43,330 nucleotides of DNA from a virus (lineage: Duplodnaviria > Caudoviricetes), in IMG/VR virus record IMGVR_UViG_3300027754_000178, positions 1 through 43,330 of that record; one strand, written 5' to 3'. The position numbers were made by a program, and so were the translations under genes. Shown piece after piece: positions 10,442-19,910 of the stretch; within the stretch, counting starts at the first letter, position 1; each line of letters begins with the position of its first letter. The notes below the pieces were generated by a model that searched no databases, was not told where the DNA came from, and was given only the letters and a program-made list of their open reading frames with translations.

Positions 10442-10470
10442 TTGACATATGTATAATTTAGATGTATAGT
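10442..10470 (+). promoter_or_regulatory. sigma70-type promoter
   Basis: TTGACA-17 nt-TATAGT with TG extension. Confidence 0.6.
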
Positions 10471-10491
10471 TCATTTACTAATGAAAGTATT

Positions 10492-11427
10492 ATGGTAAAA
10501 TCCGGTTTCTTTTCAGAATCAAATACTGCTTCCAACCAATTGAAGAGTAAGAGATTCTATTTTATGGCAGGTCTTCCCAGAGCAGGAAGTACTTTACTTT
10601 CATCAATCTTGAATCAGAATCCAATATTTTATTCTGGTCCATCAAGTCCCGTCCTTTCTACAATGTATGCCGTAGAAAATCATCTGGCAAATGATGAACT
10701 CTATCACGGATATCCAAAACCAGAACAAGTATCTTTGATTATTTCTAATATCATTCGTCAGTTTTATGCTGATGTTGAACAAGAGGTAGTCATTGATAAG
10801 AATCGTGCCTGGACTGCACGAGTACCTTATATTGAAGGATACATTGGTCAGCAGGCAAAGATTATTGTTCCGGTTCGTGATATTGATGAGATTTTAACAT
10901 CAATGATTACAATGATTCGTAGAAATCCTTATAAAGAAGGTAATCCCAGAATCAATTTTATTGACGAGCAACTTGTTAAATTAAATATTCCTTTGAATGA
11001 CGATAATCGTTGTGAATATATTGCAGGACCAGAAGGAATTCTGGGACAATCACTAAATGCAATTGTGGAAGGATTTAATCAGGAATTTGGTGATAGAATG
11101 CACTTTGTGGAATATCAAGACCTTGTTAAAAAACCAGAAGAAACACTCAAGAAATTGTATGAGTTTCTCGGGGAAGAGTATTATGAACACGACTTTAATA
11201 ACTTAGAAAATCAAAATCGTGAGCAAGATGTGAATACTTATGGACTTGCAGATATACACGAAGTTCGTCCAGAACTTAAATCAACTGCTCCCAATCCATC
11301 AGAAGTTCTTTCTTCTTATGTACTAGAAAAATGTAATGGAATGGATATTTGGAGACCCCAAATGACTGAAGTTTCTATTCCTAAATACATCAACACAAAT
11401 TCAAATCAACTCAAAATTATAAATTAA
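10492..11427 (+). CDS. PAPS-dependent sulfotransferase (paralog of 3086..3916)
   Basis: MAGLPRAGSTLL, IDKNRAW, PVRDIDEILTS; start moved from 10462 because that ATG lies inside the promoter. Confidence 0.85.
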   Translation: MVKSGFFSESNTASNQLKSKRFYFMAGLPRAGSTLLSSILNQNPIFYSGPSSPVLSTMYAVENHLANDELYHGYPKPEQVSLIISNIIRQFYADVEQEVVIDKNRAWTARVPYIEGYIGQQAKIIVPVRDIDEILTSMITMIRRNPYKEGNPRINFIDEQLVKLNIPLNDDNRCEYIAGPEGILGQSLNAIVEGFNQEFGDRMHFVEYQDLVKKPEETLKKLYEFLGEEYYEHDFNNLENQNREQDVNTYGLADIHEVRPELKSTAPNPSEVLSSYVLEKCNGMDIWRPQMTEVSIPKYINTNSNQLKIIN

Positions 11428-11447
11428 AAAATAATTGAGACTTTATA

Positions 11448-12359
11448 ATGAAAGAAACATATAGTATTTTCCACGTTCAAGGTGGATTGGGAAAGCATAT
11501 TGCAGCATCTGCAGTAGCAAAGTGCATTAAAAATAATTATCCAAGCAGAAAACTCATTGTAGTTGCTGTTTATACTGATGTTTTTATGAATCTACCATTC
11601 GTGGATAGAGTCTATCAATTGAATAATACCAATTATTTTTATCAAAATTATATTGAAAATCAAGATTCATTAATTTTTCATAATGAACCTTATTTTACAA
11701 CGGATCATATTCATAAGAAACTTCCACTGATTCAAACTTGGTGTAAGATGTATGGATTGGATTATAATGGTGAAACACCAGAATTAATTTTCAATCCACT
11801 ACAAAAGAAGCTTTCTAAAGAAGTTTGGGTAAAAAATAAGAAACCAACAATGGTGATTCATACCAATGGTGGATTGATTACTCCTGATTCAAAATCTTAT
11901 ATGTGGGCACGAGATATGCCCTTTGATATTGCACAACAGATTGTAGATAAGTATCATAAGAAATATACAATTTATCAGGCAACGAAGATGAATTCTCCGA
12001 AACTGATAAATGCAACTCCAATTCAATTTGATGAGCAGACACAACTTTCTACATTGGAATTTTTGAGTTTAATTCTTCATAGTGATAAAAGAGTATTGAT
12101 TGATAGTTGTTTGCAACACGCAGCCACAGCACTTAAACTTCCTTCTGTTGTTCTGTGGAATGGTACAAGTCCAAAAGTATTTGGATATGATATGCACACA
12201 AATATTGAAACAGTAAAACCTCATAACTTTAAGTTGCCTGGATCTTATTTGTTTGATTTTGATTTCAATGGATCAGAGCACGAATATCCATTTAATGAGA
12301 ATGAAGATTTATTTGATATTGATAAAATCTTTGAGGCGATTGAGACCACAAAATCTTAG
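11448..12359 (+). CDS. GT-B glycosyltransferase (GT9/heptosyltransferase-like)
   Basis: QGGLGKHI, IDSCLQHAATAL..PSVVLW.GTSP..FGY. Confidence 0.7.
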   Translation: MKETYSIFHVQGGLGKHIAASAVAKCIKNNYPSRKLIVVAVYTDVFMNLPFVDRVYQLNNTNYFYQNYIENQDSLIFHNEPYFTTDHIHKKLPLIQTWCKMYGLDYNGETPELIFNPLQKKLSKEVWVKNKKPTMVIHTNGGLITPDSKSYMWARDMPFDIAQQIVDKYHKKYTIYQATKMNSPKLINATPIQFDEQTQLSTLEFLSLILHSDKRVLIDSCLQHAATALKLPSVVLWNGTSPKVFGYDMHTNIETVKPHNFKLPGSYLFDFDFNGSEHEYPFNENEDLFDIDKIFEAIETTKS

Positions 12360-12417
12360 GGACACTTTGGGAACTGGTCCAAGACCCCACCAGAACCCAG
12401 CAAAGACCTGCTATACT
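12360..12417 (+). promoter_or_regulatory. Early promoter of the vWA/peptidase gene
   Basis: GGACACT..GAACTGGTCC...TGCTATACT. Confidence 0.7.
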
Positions 12418-12440
12418 ACTAAGATACACATAGGACAAGT

Positions 12441-14585
12441 ATGGCGGTCAACAAAGAAGTCAAGGGAATGCTTGCTAAATGTCTAGCAACAGAAAATCTG
12501 ATTATTGAACATAAGAATACTGAAACTGCGATGTTTGATGTAGAACGTCGTGTTCTAACTCTTCCTAACTGGGAAAAGGCAAGTGGTACTGTATATGACC
12601 TTTTAGTTGCTCACGAAGTAGGACACGCACTTTTTACAGATAATATTGATTGGACTCTTGATTATCCAAAAGTACCAAAAGATGTAGTAAATGTATTAGA
12701 AGATGCTCGTATAGAACGTCTGATGAAGAAGAAGTATGCTGGACTTTCTAAGACATTCTATATTGGTTATAATGAACTGAATGCTGATGATTTTTTCTGT
12801 ACTAATGGCGAAAATCTTGATGAGATGAGTTTGATTGACCGTATCAATCTTTACTTCAAGATTGGTGCGTTTCATAATATTCAGTTCAATGATGTAGAAG
12901 AAGAGTTTCTAACTCGTATTAGCCTTGCTGAAACTTTTCAGGATGTACTTGAGATTTCACAAGATTTGGTAGATTATGTAAAAGAGAAGAAGAAAGAAGA
13001 AACTCAAAGTATGCCTGAACTTGGAAATCAACAATCTGGTTCTGGTAATCAACAACAGGGTGATAATAACCAAAGCGAAGAGGGTGTAGGTGAGAATGAA
13101 GAACCTAACGATGACAATGAGAATGCCGAAGATAAATCTGGTCAATCACAATCAACACCAACTCAATCTAATGCGAGTGGTGGAGCAAAACCAGATGAAG
13201 TTGGTGGTAGAGATAGTGTCAATGAACTGGAGTCAAAAACATCAAGGTCTTTTGACGAAAAATCAAAGCAACTGAATGAAAACAAATATACTGATGATTA
13301 TACTGCTTATGTTGAACTTCCAGAGTTTGATTTGAGCAAACTTGTTCTTCCGAATGAGTATGTTCATCGTCTTGCTCGTAGGTATTATGAGCAATCTATT
13401 CATAAATCTTATTATGAAAGTCAAGTAGTTTTTTATAATGAGTTCAAGAAATCAGCAGAACGTGAAGTTTCTTATCTGGTAAAGGAGTTTGAGTGTAAGA
13501 AATCAGCAGATGCTTATGCTCGTTCTACAACTGCTCGTACTGGTATTTTAAATACATCTCTTCTTCATACCTATAAGTATAATGAAGATTTGTTCAAGAA
13601 AGTATCAGTAATACCTGATGGTAAAAATCACGGATTGATTTTTATTCTTGATTGGTCTGGGTCAATGGCTGATTATATGTTGGATACTTATAAGCAACTA
13701 TTGAGTTTGATTTGGTTCTGCCGTAAAGTAAATATTCCTTTTGAGGTTTATGCCTTTACACAAGATACAAATGCTTATTTGGAATTTGACCCAACGCATA
13801 CTCCAACTACTGAAAGAAAAGCAAATGTATTATGCCCAGAACCATCATTTCGTTTGATGAATCTATTCACCAGTAAAGTGAATAATCAGGAACTGGAAAA
13901 GCAACTCAAAACTGTTTGGGCAATCTGTACTGCTTATCAAACCAGGTATGGTTATGTTCCAAGTCATATGAACCTTTCAGGTACTCCTTTGGGTGAAACT
14001 ATGATTGCTCTCAATCAACTCATTCCACAGTTCATTTCTTTGAATAAAGTACAAAAGGTAAATGTAGTATTTTTGACTGATGGTGAAGGAAGAGTATGTC
14101 CTCACGGAGTAATCAAAAAACAACACAGTGGAGAAGAGTTTGTTACTTATAGACATTCAAACGAAACAATTATTCGTAATCGTAAGAATGGTCGTATGTA
14201 TCCAGCATATAATTATTGCTCTTTTCCCGATTTTGTGAAAGTTCTAATGACTTACACCAAGGATATGTTCCCGAATGTAAATCTAATCAACTTTCGTGTT
14301 GCTCCTACCAAAGAACTTAGTAATTGTTATAACTGGTTTGGTGATAAAAGTGTTTCTTATGATGCCATCAAAGAACAGTTTCGTAAGAATAAGTTTGTGT
14401 CTTTCAGTAATTCTGGGTTTGATAAGTTCTTTGTACTATCTTCTACCAGTATGAGTTCTGATGCAGACCTGAATGTAGATAGTGGTGCTTCTAAAACTGC
14501 TATCAAATCTGCATTTACCAAGATGCTAAAGAACAAAAAGACCAACAAGAAAGTTCTTTCTTCCTTTGTGGAACTGGTCGCCTAG
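12441..14585 (+). CDS. CobT-like protein: HExxH metallopeptidase domain, acidic linker and vWA domain
   Basis: AHEVGH, NVLEDARIE, Q/E/N-rich linker, MIDAS DWSGS, SGTPL, LTDGE. Confidence 0.85.
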   Translation: MAVNKEVKGMLAKCLATENLIIEHKNTETAMFDVERRVLTLPNWEKASGTVYDLLVAHEVGHALFTDNIDWTLDYPKVPKDVVNVLEDARIERLMKKKYAGLSKTFYIGYNELNADDFFCTNGENLDEMSLIDRINLYFKIGAFHNIQFNDVEEEFLTRISLAETFQDVLEISQDLVDYVKEKKKEETQSMPELGNQQSGSGNQQQGDNNQSEEGVGENEEPNDDNENAEDKSGQSQSTPTQSNASGGAKPDEVGGRDSVNELESKTSRSFDEKSKQLNENKYTDDYTAYVELPEFDLSKLVLPNEYVHRLARRYYEQSIHKSYYESQVVFYNEFKKSAEREVSYLVKEFECKKSADAYARSTTARTGILNTSLLHTYKYNEDLFKKVSVIPDGKNHGLIFILDWSGSMADYMLDTYKQLLSLIWFCRKVNIPFEVYAFTQDTNAYLEFDPTHTPTTERKANVLCPEPSFRLMNLFTSKVNNQELEKQLKTVWAICTAYQTRYGYVPSHMNLSGTPLGETMIALNQLIPQFISLNKVQKVNVVFLTDGEGRVCPHGVIKKQHSGEEFVTYRHSNETIIRNRKNGRMYPAYNYCSFPDFVKVLMTYTKDMFPNVNLINFRVAPTKELSNCYNWFGDKSVSYDAIKEQFRKNKFVSFSNSGFDKFFVLSSTSMSSDADLNVDSGASKTAIKSAFTKMLKNKKTNKKVLSSFVELVA

Positions 14586-14683
14586 ACCACTTTTGGGAGT
14601 GTCCACAAGGCACTCCTAAACCCTTCAATCCGTGCTATACTTACAAAGTAATCAGCACTTCACCTTCCCTTACATTATTCATT

Positions 14684-15790
14684 ATGGAAACCGCAATTCA
14701 ACTTCTTCAAGAACAATTTGGTGCTGAATTTGGTGCTGATGCTGTTCGTTCTGTAGCTTCACAAATCAATACATCTTATGCTACACTCTCTAAGAAACTG
14801 TCTCAATACAAAGTATCTCGTGGTAAGTGGAACCTTGAAGTGACTAAAGAAAAGATTGACGAACTAGAAGATACTTATTCTGCTTCTACTGCAGAACCGA
14901 TTGCTATGATTGAAGCAGTCAAGCAAAACCTTATCCCCGACAAAGATGATACATTCGTTAGCTTCGGTAATTTTGCGGATATTAAGAAGATTATTCAATC
15001 TCGTCTATTCTATCCTGCTTTCATCACTGGTCTTTCTGGCAACGGAAAAACTTTTGGTGTGGAACAAGCTTGTGCTCAGCTTGGTAGGGAACTAATTCGT
15101 GTCAATATCACGATTGAAACTGATGCTGATGATTTGATTGGTGGTTTTCGTCTTGTAGATGGTGAAACTGTATGGCACAATGGTCCTGTGATTGAGGCAC
15201 TTCAACGTGGTGCTATTCTATTGCTGGATGAGATTGACCTTGCTTCCAATAAGATTTTGTGTCTTCAATCTATTCTAGAAGGTAAGGGTATTTTCTTGAA
15301 GAAGATTGGTAAGTTCGTAAAACCTTCTGCTGGTTTCAATATCTTTGCAACTGCAAATACCAAGGGTAAGGGTAGTGATGATGGACGTTTCATCGGTACA
15401 AATGTGTTGAATGAAGCATTTCTAGAACGTTTTCCTGTGACCTTTGAGCAAGAATATCCTTCTCTGACTGTAGAGAAGAAAATTTTGACAAATGTAGCAC
15501 AATCACTTAGTATTCCTATGGTGAAGGAACACGAAGATTTCATCAATCACCTATGTACTTGGTCTGAAATTATTCGTAAGACCTTTGTAGATGGTGGAAT
15601 TGATGAAGTAATCAGCACTCGTCGTTTGGTTCACGTTCTTCGTGCATATTCTATCTTCGGTAAGAAGGAGAAGGCAATCAAGGTATGTCTCAATCGTTTT
15701 GATGATGAGACCAAGACTACCTTTGTTGAACTTTACGATAAGATTGATGCAGAGTTTGTGAATAATTCTGATAAATCAGAAGGGGAGTAA
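14684..15790 (+). CDS. cobS: CobS-like MoxR AAA+ ATPase
   Basis: Walker A GLSGNGKT, DLIGGF, Walker B LLLDEID, ATANTKG, NEAFLERF, ISTRRL; typical of T4-like cyanophages. Confidence 0.92.
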   Translation: METAIQLLQEQFGAEFGADAVRSVASQINTSYATLSKKLSQYKVSRGKWNLEVTKEKIDELEDTYSASTAEPIAMIEAVKQNLIPDKDDTFVSFGNFADIKKIIQSRLFYPAFITGLSGNGKTFGVEQACAQLGRELIRVNITIETDADDLIGGFRLVDGETVWHNGPVIEALQRGAILLLDEIDLASNKILCLQSILEGKGIFLKKIGKFVKPSAGFNIFATANTKGKGSDDGRFIGTNVLNEAFLERFPVTFEQEYPSLTVEKKILTNVAQSLSIPMVKEHEDFINHLCTWSEIIRKTFVDGGIDEVISTRRLVHVLRAYSIFGKKEKAIKVCLNRFDDETKTTFVELYDKIDAEFVNNSDKSEGE

Positions 15791-15811
15791 TCCTCCCCCC
15801 TTTATTTTTTA
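15779..15811 (+). terminator. Intrinsic terminator
   Basis: GGGGAG-TAATC-CTCCCC followed by a T-rich run. Confidence 0.65.
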
Positions 15812-15823
15812 TAGGAGAACTTT

Positions 15824-16072
15824 GTGGAAATTGAAGAAATTATAGTAGACGAAAAAACTGGAGAAGTTACCATAACCGCATTGATTGAAGATAAAGTTTT
15901 GATTCGGTCTCAAACTTGGTATGAACCTCCTGAATATGGACCAGCTCGGTGTACTACATCTTTTTATAAAGAAGATATAGATTTTGACCTGAATGAAAGG
16001 GAAGAACTTGAAAATTATCTTGAGAATGTTGAATGGGAAATTATAGATATAAGTGACGACTATTACGGTTAA
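15824..16072 (+). CDS. hypothetical acidic phage protein
   Basis: GTG start with GGAG RBS; EPPEYGPARC. Confidence 0.7.
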   Translation: MEIEEIIVDEKTGEVTITALIEDKVLIRSQTWYEPPEYGPARCTTSFYKEDIDFDLNEREELENYLENVEWEIIDISDDYYG

Positions 16073-16075
16073 GAA

Positions 16076-16315
16076 ATGAGTTCTTATTATCTTTGGTTCA
16101 TATCATTTGCGATTATCTTTTATATAATGCTTGTAGATAAGAATGTTGCAGAATACATACTTCTTATCTTCAAGATTATTCAGGTAAACTTTGAAAGATC
16201 ACTGTGGATGATTCGGTTTCATCCATTCTGGATAAGAAATCCCATAGGTAAGTGGTGGGCAATGAGAAAGTATGAGAAGATGATAAAGGAGATGACTAAA
16301 CAGACACCTGAATAA
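16076..16315 (+). CDS. hypothetical membrane protein
   Basis: Hydrophobic N-terminus; compact gene packing. Confidence 0.65.
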   Translation: MSSYYLWFISFAIIFYIMLVDKNVAEYILLIFKIIQVNFERSLWMIRFHPFWIRNPIGKWWAMRKYEKMIKEMTKQTPE

Positions 16316-16325
16316 CTGGCACACT

Positions 16326-16349
16326 GACCCCTTTGCAGGGGTCTTTTTT
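16326..16349 (+). terminator. Intrinsic terminator embedded in an early promoter spacer
   Basis: GACCCC-TTTGCA-GGGGTC-TTTTTT. Confidence 0.75.
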
Positions 16350-16383
16350 ATGCTATAATACACTCATATAAAACACCTTCGCA

Positions 16384-17223
16384 ATGTCTTACAACGCAAC
16401 TATCAAGTTTTCCTACATCAACGACACCGAAACATCTTACAACAAGTATTTTCCTGAAACCGTAGATAAGCAGACGATTACTATTGAAGCACCTGCACAA
16501 GACTTGACTACTCATCAGTATTTTGAACTTTTCAAGAGTTTTCTTCGTGCTGTTGGATTTGATGAGTATGGCATTATGGATGCTGCTTGTCGTGTTGCAT
16601 TTAATGATTGCAACAGGGAAGATGATATGAAAAAGTTGATGGGAGAATATGAACTGCAAGATAAGCAATTTTATAGTGTTGATGATTATCATGCTCTTTT
16701 AAAAGAAGTTGAAGAACTGAAAGAAAAACTTGCAAGGGTTCTTCCAGAGCAATATGTTGAAGAATATGTTGATCCAGATTATCCAAAGGATGATGGAACA
16801 TCTTGGAATAAACCTTGGAATGATTTAGTTCCTGGTTCTCCTGAGGCATATGCTAATTCGTGCAAGTGCCCAATTTTAGATAATCAGGAGATGCCTGATG
16901 ACAAAAAATGGGTAAATGCCGATTGTCCTCTACACGGCACAGGAAAAAAGACACCTGAAGAAGAATATAAATTAAAACTTGAAGAAATGCCTTCCAGTAT
17001 TAAAATTACAAGTGCTATTTTTCTCAATCTTCCACATCATCCAGAAAATTGCAATCATCCAGAAACTGGAAGACAACATTTCTATTCTGGACTTGCCTAT
17101 GAAACTAATCAGTTACAAAAATGTGCTTCTGCCGTAATTCAAGAACTTATTAATGAGTTTGCTAATGATGATGTGATAAAAGTAGAAGACCTTTTGAAAC
17201 TTATTGAAGAACTGGCACAATGA
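16384..17223 (+). CDS. hypothetical early protein (mosaic, CxCP..CPLHG motif)
   Basis: ORF directly downstream of an early promoter. Confidence 0.75.
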   Translation: MSYNATIKFSYINDTETSYNKYFPETVDKQTITIEAPAQDLTTHQYFELFKSFLRAVGFDEYGIMDAACRVAFNDCNREDDMKKLMGEYELQDKQFYSVDDYHALLKEVEELKEKLARVLPEQYVEEYVDPDYPKDDGTSWNKPWNDLVPGSPEAYANSCKCPILDNQEMPDDKKWVNADCPLHGTGKKTPEEEYKLKLEEMPSSIKITSAIFLNLPHHPENCNHPETGRQHFYSGLAYETNQLQKCASAVIQELINEFANDDVIKVEDLLKLIEELAQ

Positions 17224-17282
17224 CTTCCCAAAGTTCCACAGAATACCTTATAATACTCCTATACGCAATTCCCGAATAGCAA

Positions 17283-17507
17283 ATGAAAATCCCTATGAAA
17301 GAATTCTTTAAGATGGTTGCGAAAACTATTGCGGAACCTAATACTACAATCACAGAACAAGATAAACGAAAAGCAATTCGTGTATTTCTTTATCTTGATG
17401 AATTTATGATGGAGAATGTGCCCGAGTATTGTGGTGATACAGAGTTAGGTGAGATTGACTTTGGTGCTTATGCTGCGGGTATTCTTGATGAACTGGAGGG
17501 AAAATGA
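17283..17507 (+). CDS. hypothetical early protein (paralog of 18776..19072)
   Basis: Shared P..TITE.D...AI...E.DF pattern. Confidence 0.7.
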   Translation: MKIPMKEFFKMVAKTIAEPNTTITEQDKRKAIRVFLYLDEFMMENVPEYCGDTELGEIDFGAYAAGILDELEGK

Positions 17508-17695
17508 AAATTAAAAGTGTTTCTAAACCACATATCATTTATTATGTGGAAACTGATGCCCCAGATTTTCCAGAATATAGAACTAATGGAACTGGAACAC
17601 ATTGGGAAAATGCTATGGGTGAAAGTTGGGAACAAGTTTATAATGACGAAGAACTTAAAAAATTGTTTGAAGAATTTATGGAGGGTAAAAAATGA
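17504..17695 (+). CDS. hypothetical protein
   Basis: ATGA overlap with the upstream gene. Confidence 0.65.
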   Translation: MKIKSVSKPHIIYYVETDAPDFPEYRTNGTGTHWENAMGESWEQVYNDEELKKLFEEFMEGKK

Positions 17696-17773
17696 GTGGT
17701 GGGCATTTTACTGACTGTGGTTACGATTATTACAAGGTATCTCAGTTTGCTGATGAACTGGAGGCATTGCCCA

Positions 17774-17950
17774 ATGACTGACTTCCCGAATCTCAAGATT
17801 TCTCAGAAACAAATTGTGTGTCCTAAACACGGCACCCACAATCAGATCATCAGCAGCACCGTCGAAGGACACGAAGGCCACTGGTGCATGTTGTGCTGGC
17901 TTGAAAGCCTTGGTCCCTCACTTCCCACTGTTGATCAACCCAATGACTGA
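17774..17950 (+). CDS. small putative Zn-binding protein (CPKH...CMLC)
   Basis: Start reassigned to ATG 17774; lies in a GC-rich segment. Confidence 0.6.
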   Translation: MTDFPNLKISQKQIVCPKHGTHNQIISSTVEGHEGHWCMLCWLESLGPSLPTVDQPND

Positions 17951-18128
17951 ACTTTCCCCTGCGGCTCAGTCCGTGCTGGATGCAGCAACAGTTCCCACTG
18001 GAGACTTCTGCCTAGAGAATGTTAATGAAATTGCCGCTGCCGCCCTTCGCGCTGCTGCAGATATAGTCGATGATCGTGAAGCGTCCCGGCAACTTGATGC
18101 TATTGCCTACGAACTGGAGGCACAATGA
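17943..18128 (+). CDS. hypothetical Ala-rich protein
   Basis: MTELSPAAQSVLDAA...ELEAQ; GC-rich codons. Confidence 0.6.
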   Translation: MTELSPAAQSVLDAATVPTGDFCLENVNEIAAAALRAAADIVDDREASRQLDAIAYELEAQ

Positions 18129-18328
18129 ACTTTCCAGTGTTTCTAAACAAATGGGTAATCGGATTTTCTCCGATTAAGCACACAAATCTGTGGTATTGGT
18201 ATCGTCTCATCAATCATTCTGGTTTTAGAATGGATGATAATATAAGGTATCGTGACTTCTGGACAAATCTGAATATGGGATGGTATAATATGACTCATAC
18301 TTATGAAATGAAAAAGAAGTGGGGATGA
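18125..18328 (+). CDS. hypothetical protein
   Basis: ATGA-coupled ORF. Confidence 0.6.
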   Translation: MNFPVFLNKWVIGFSPIKHTNLWYWYRLINHSGFRMDDNIRYRDFWTNLNMGWYNMTHTYEMKKKWG

Positions 18329-18567
18329 AAATGAAACTCTTTGATTACCGATACCGTGATGATTATGGAAAGGACTACTATTTCTTCTTTCTAAAAACCA
18401 AGACATACACAGCACTTCAAATGTCTTTTAGCACCTGCGAGTATCCTGGTTGGCCTCACCTACAGATTACATTGGGGAGTGGCAGGCTCTTTGGTATGTT
18501 TGCCTATGCTTGGAAGTTTGGATTTGATATAGACTTATTCTCACATACTTGGAGGTGGGAGGGATGA
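18325..18567 (+). CDS. hypothetical protein
   Basis: ATGA-coupled ORF; resembles 21401..21658 (MKLF.Y). Confidence 0.6.
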   Translation: MKMKLFDYRYRDDYGKDYYFFFLKTKTYTALQMSFSTCEYPGWPHLQITLGSGRLFGMFAYAWKFGFDIDLFSHTWRWEG

Positions 18568-18779
18568 AAGAATGGTTTGAAGATGCTTGGTGGTCTTGGA
18601 AATGCTGTATTCATTCCAGATTTGATTATAATGATAGAATTGATGTTGCAGCATTTTGGGAAGAACTCAACTATGGATGGTATCAAATGGAAAGTGATTA
18701 TACTATGTCTCAACCAGGATTTGACCCTTATAATTTGATGAGTAGAAGTAATTATTATCCTTATGGAGTTTTCAAATGA
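18564..18779 (+). CDS. hypothetical protein
   Basis: ATGA-coupled ORF. Confidence 0.6.
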   Translation: MKEWFEDAWWSWKCCIHSRFDYNDRIDVAAFWEELNYGWYQMESDYTMSQPGFDPYNLMSRSNYYPYGVFK

Positions 18780-19072
18780 CTTACAAACTCAACCCAGAAG
18801 CAAAAGCATTCTCATATACTCGTGAAAATTTGTTTGAATGTATTACCAAAATCGTAGCACATCCTCATAATACCATCACAGAACACGACCAATCCCGTGC
18901 TATTGCCATTATGTTAGTGTTTGAGGACTACGTTGCTAATTTCACTCATAGAGATGATGATGGAGAATACTATATTCCAGAGTGTGATGAATTGGACTTT
19001 CAAGATTTTGTAATTCAAAAACTTGGACTTGAGTATTATCATTATGTTGATGTTGATGAGGTATTGAAATGA
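18776..19072 (+). CDS. hypothetical protein
   Basis: ATGA-coupled ORF; paralog of 17283..17507. Confidence 0.7.
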   Translation: MTYKLNPEAKAFSYTRENLFECITKIVAHPHNTITEHDQSRAIAIMLVFEDYVANFTHRDDDGEYYIPECDELDFQDFVIQKLGLEYYHYVDVDEVLK

Positions 19073-19293
19073 CTGAACAACCAAAACTGTTTGGAATGTG
19101 CGAAGAGCAACTAAATGCTTATCTAAAAGCAATGTCACAACCAAATCTTAATGATATGAGTGTGGAAGAACTGAAAGAGTATCTAAAAACTCAATCAAAA
19201 CCACAAAGTTCTTATCAACCAGAAACAAAAAAGAAACCAGAAGAACCACCTCAATATTTTTACGACATTTCTACAAATCTTTTTATAGGATAA
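19069..19293 (+). CDS. hypothetical protein
   Basis: ATGA-coupled ORF. Confidence 0.6.
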   Translation: MTEQPKLFGMCEEQLNAYLKAMSQPNLNDMSVEELKEYLKTQSKPQSSYQPETKKKPEEPPQYFYDISTNLFIG

Positions 19294-19532
19294 TGACTGA
19301 TTATCAAAGAATATCTACATTATTTGTTGGTGCTTTTATAGGTGTCGCACTTAGCATTCTTGGATTTTATGTATATAAGGTTTCACCAAATCCACCTATT
19401 TCAACAAATGCTGAAAATCACAGAAACTTTGAAATAGTGGATACTTATTCTTATGAGAATAGAACTTGTTATGTGATTAGATATACCACTCCCTCAACGA
19501 GTTGGGAGTATTTCCTTGATTGTAGATGGTGA
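19293..19532 (+). CDS. hypothetical membrane-anchored protein
   Basis: N-terminal TM helix; TAATG overlap. Confidence 0.65.
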   Translation: MTDYQRISTLFVGAFIGVALSILGFYVYKVSPNPPISTNAENHRNFEIVDTYSYENRTCYVIRYTTPSTSWEYFLDCRW

Positions 19533-19538
19533 AGAAAG

Positions 19539-19685
19539 ATGACTTATGAAGTTCAAACTTGGGATGACGCAGACAACACTGTGTATTATGAAACCGTAAA
19601 GAATGCTATTGATTATGAGAGTGCTCGTGATATAATTGTAGAGAAGTATCCAAATCGTAAAGTAATTGCTGTGATTAGAAAATGA
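19539..19685 (+). CDS. small hypothetical protein (48 aa, not in ORF track)
   Basis: MTYEVQTWDDADNTVYY...VIAVIRK fills the gap between genes. Confidence 0.55.
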   Translation: MTYEVQTWDDADNTVYYETVKNAIDYESARDIIVEKYPNRKVIAVIRK

Positions 19686-19715
19686 CTGAACTACTAAATC
19701 GTAAAACACCTTGGG

Positions 19716-19910
19716 ATGATTGAAATGAGAATTGAAATCACTTACACACCACATCCAACAAAAGGATATACTGCTACTATCTGGGATGGTCCTGATGGAA
19801 TAGATGAAGATAGTTTTGTTTGTAGATCTCTTGGAGAATGTTTTGAGCAGATTGTAATGTGGAGAACATTAAATGCTTTGAATTATAGGGAAGCAACTGA
19901 AAATGACTGA
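19716..19910 (+). CDS. hypothetical protein
   Basis: ORF in a coupled gene string. Confidence 0.6.
   Translation: MIEMRIEITYTPHPTKGYTATIWDGPDGIDEDSFVCRSLGECFEQIVMWRTLNALNYREATEND

Noticed and set aside
13020-13230. Low-complexity Q/N/E/G stretch as an insertion or repeat element
   Set aside because: This is the normal acidic linker of CobT-like vWA proteins.
12441-15790. Cobalamin biosynthesis role for CobS/CobT
   Set aside because: The name reflects MoxR AAA+/vWA homology only; there is no CobN, and the pair is a common T4-like phage chaperone-type module.
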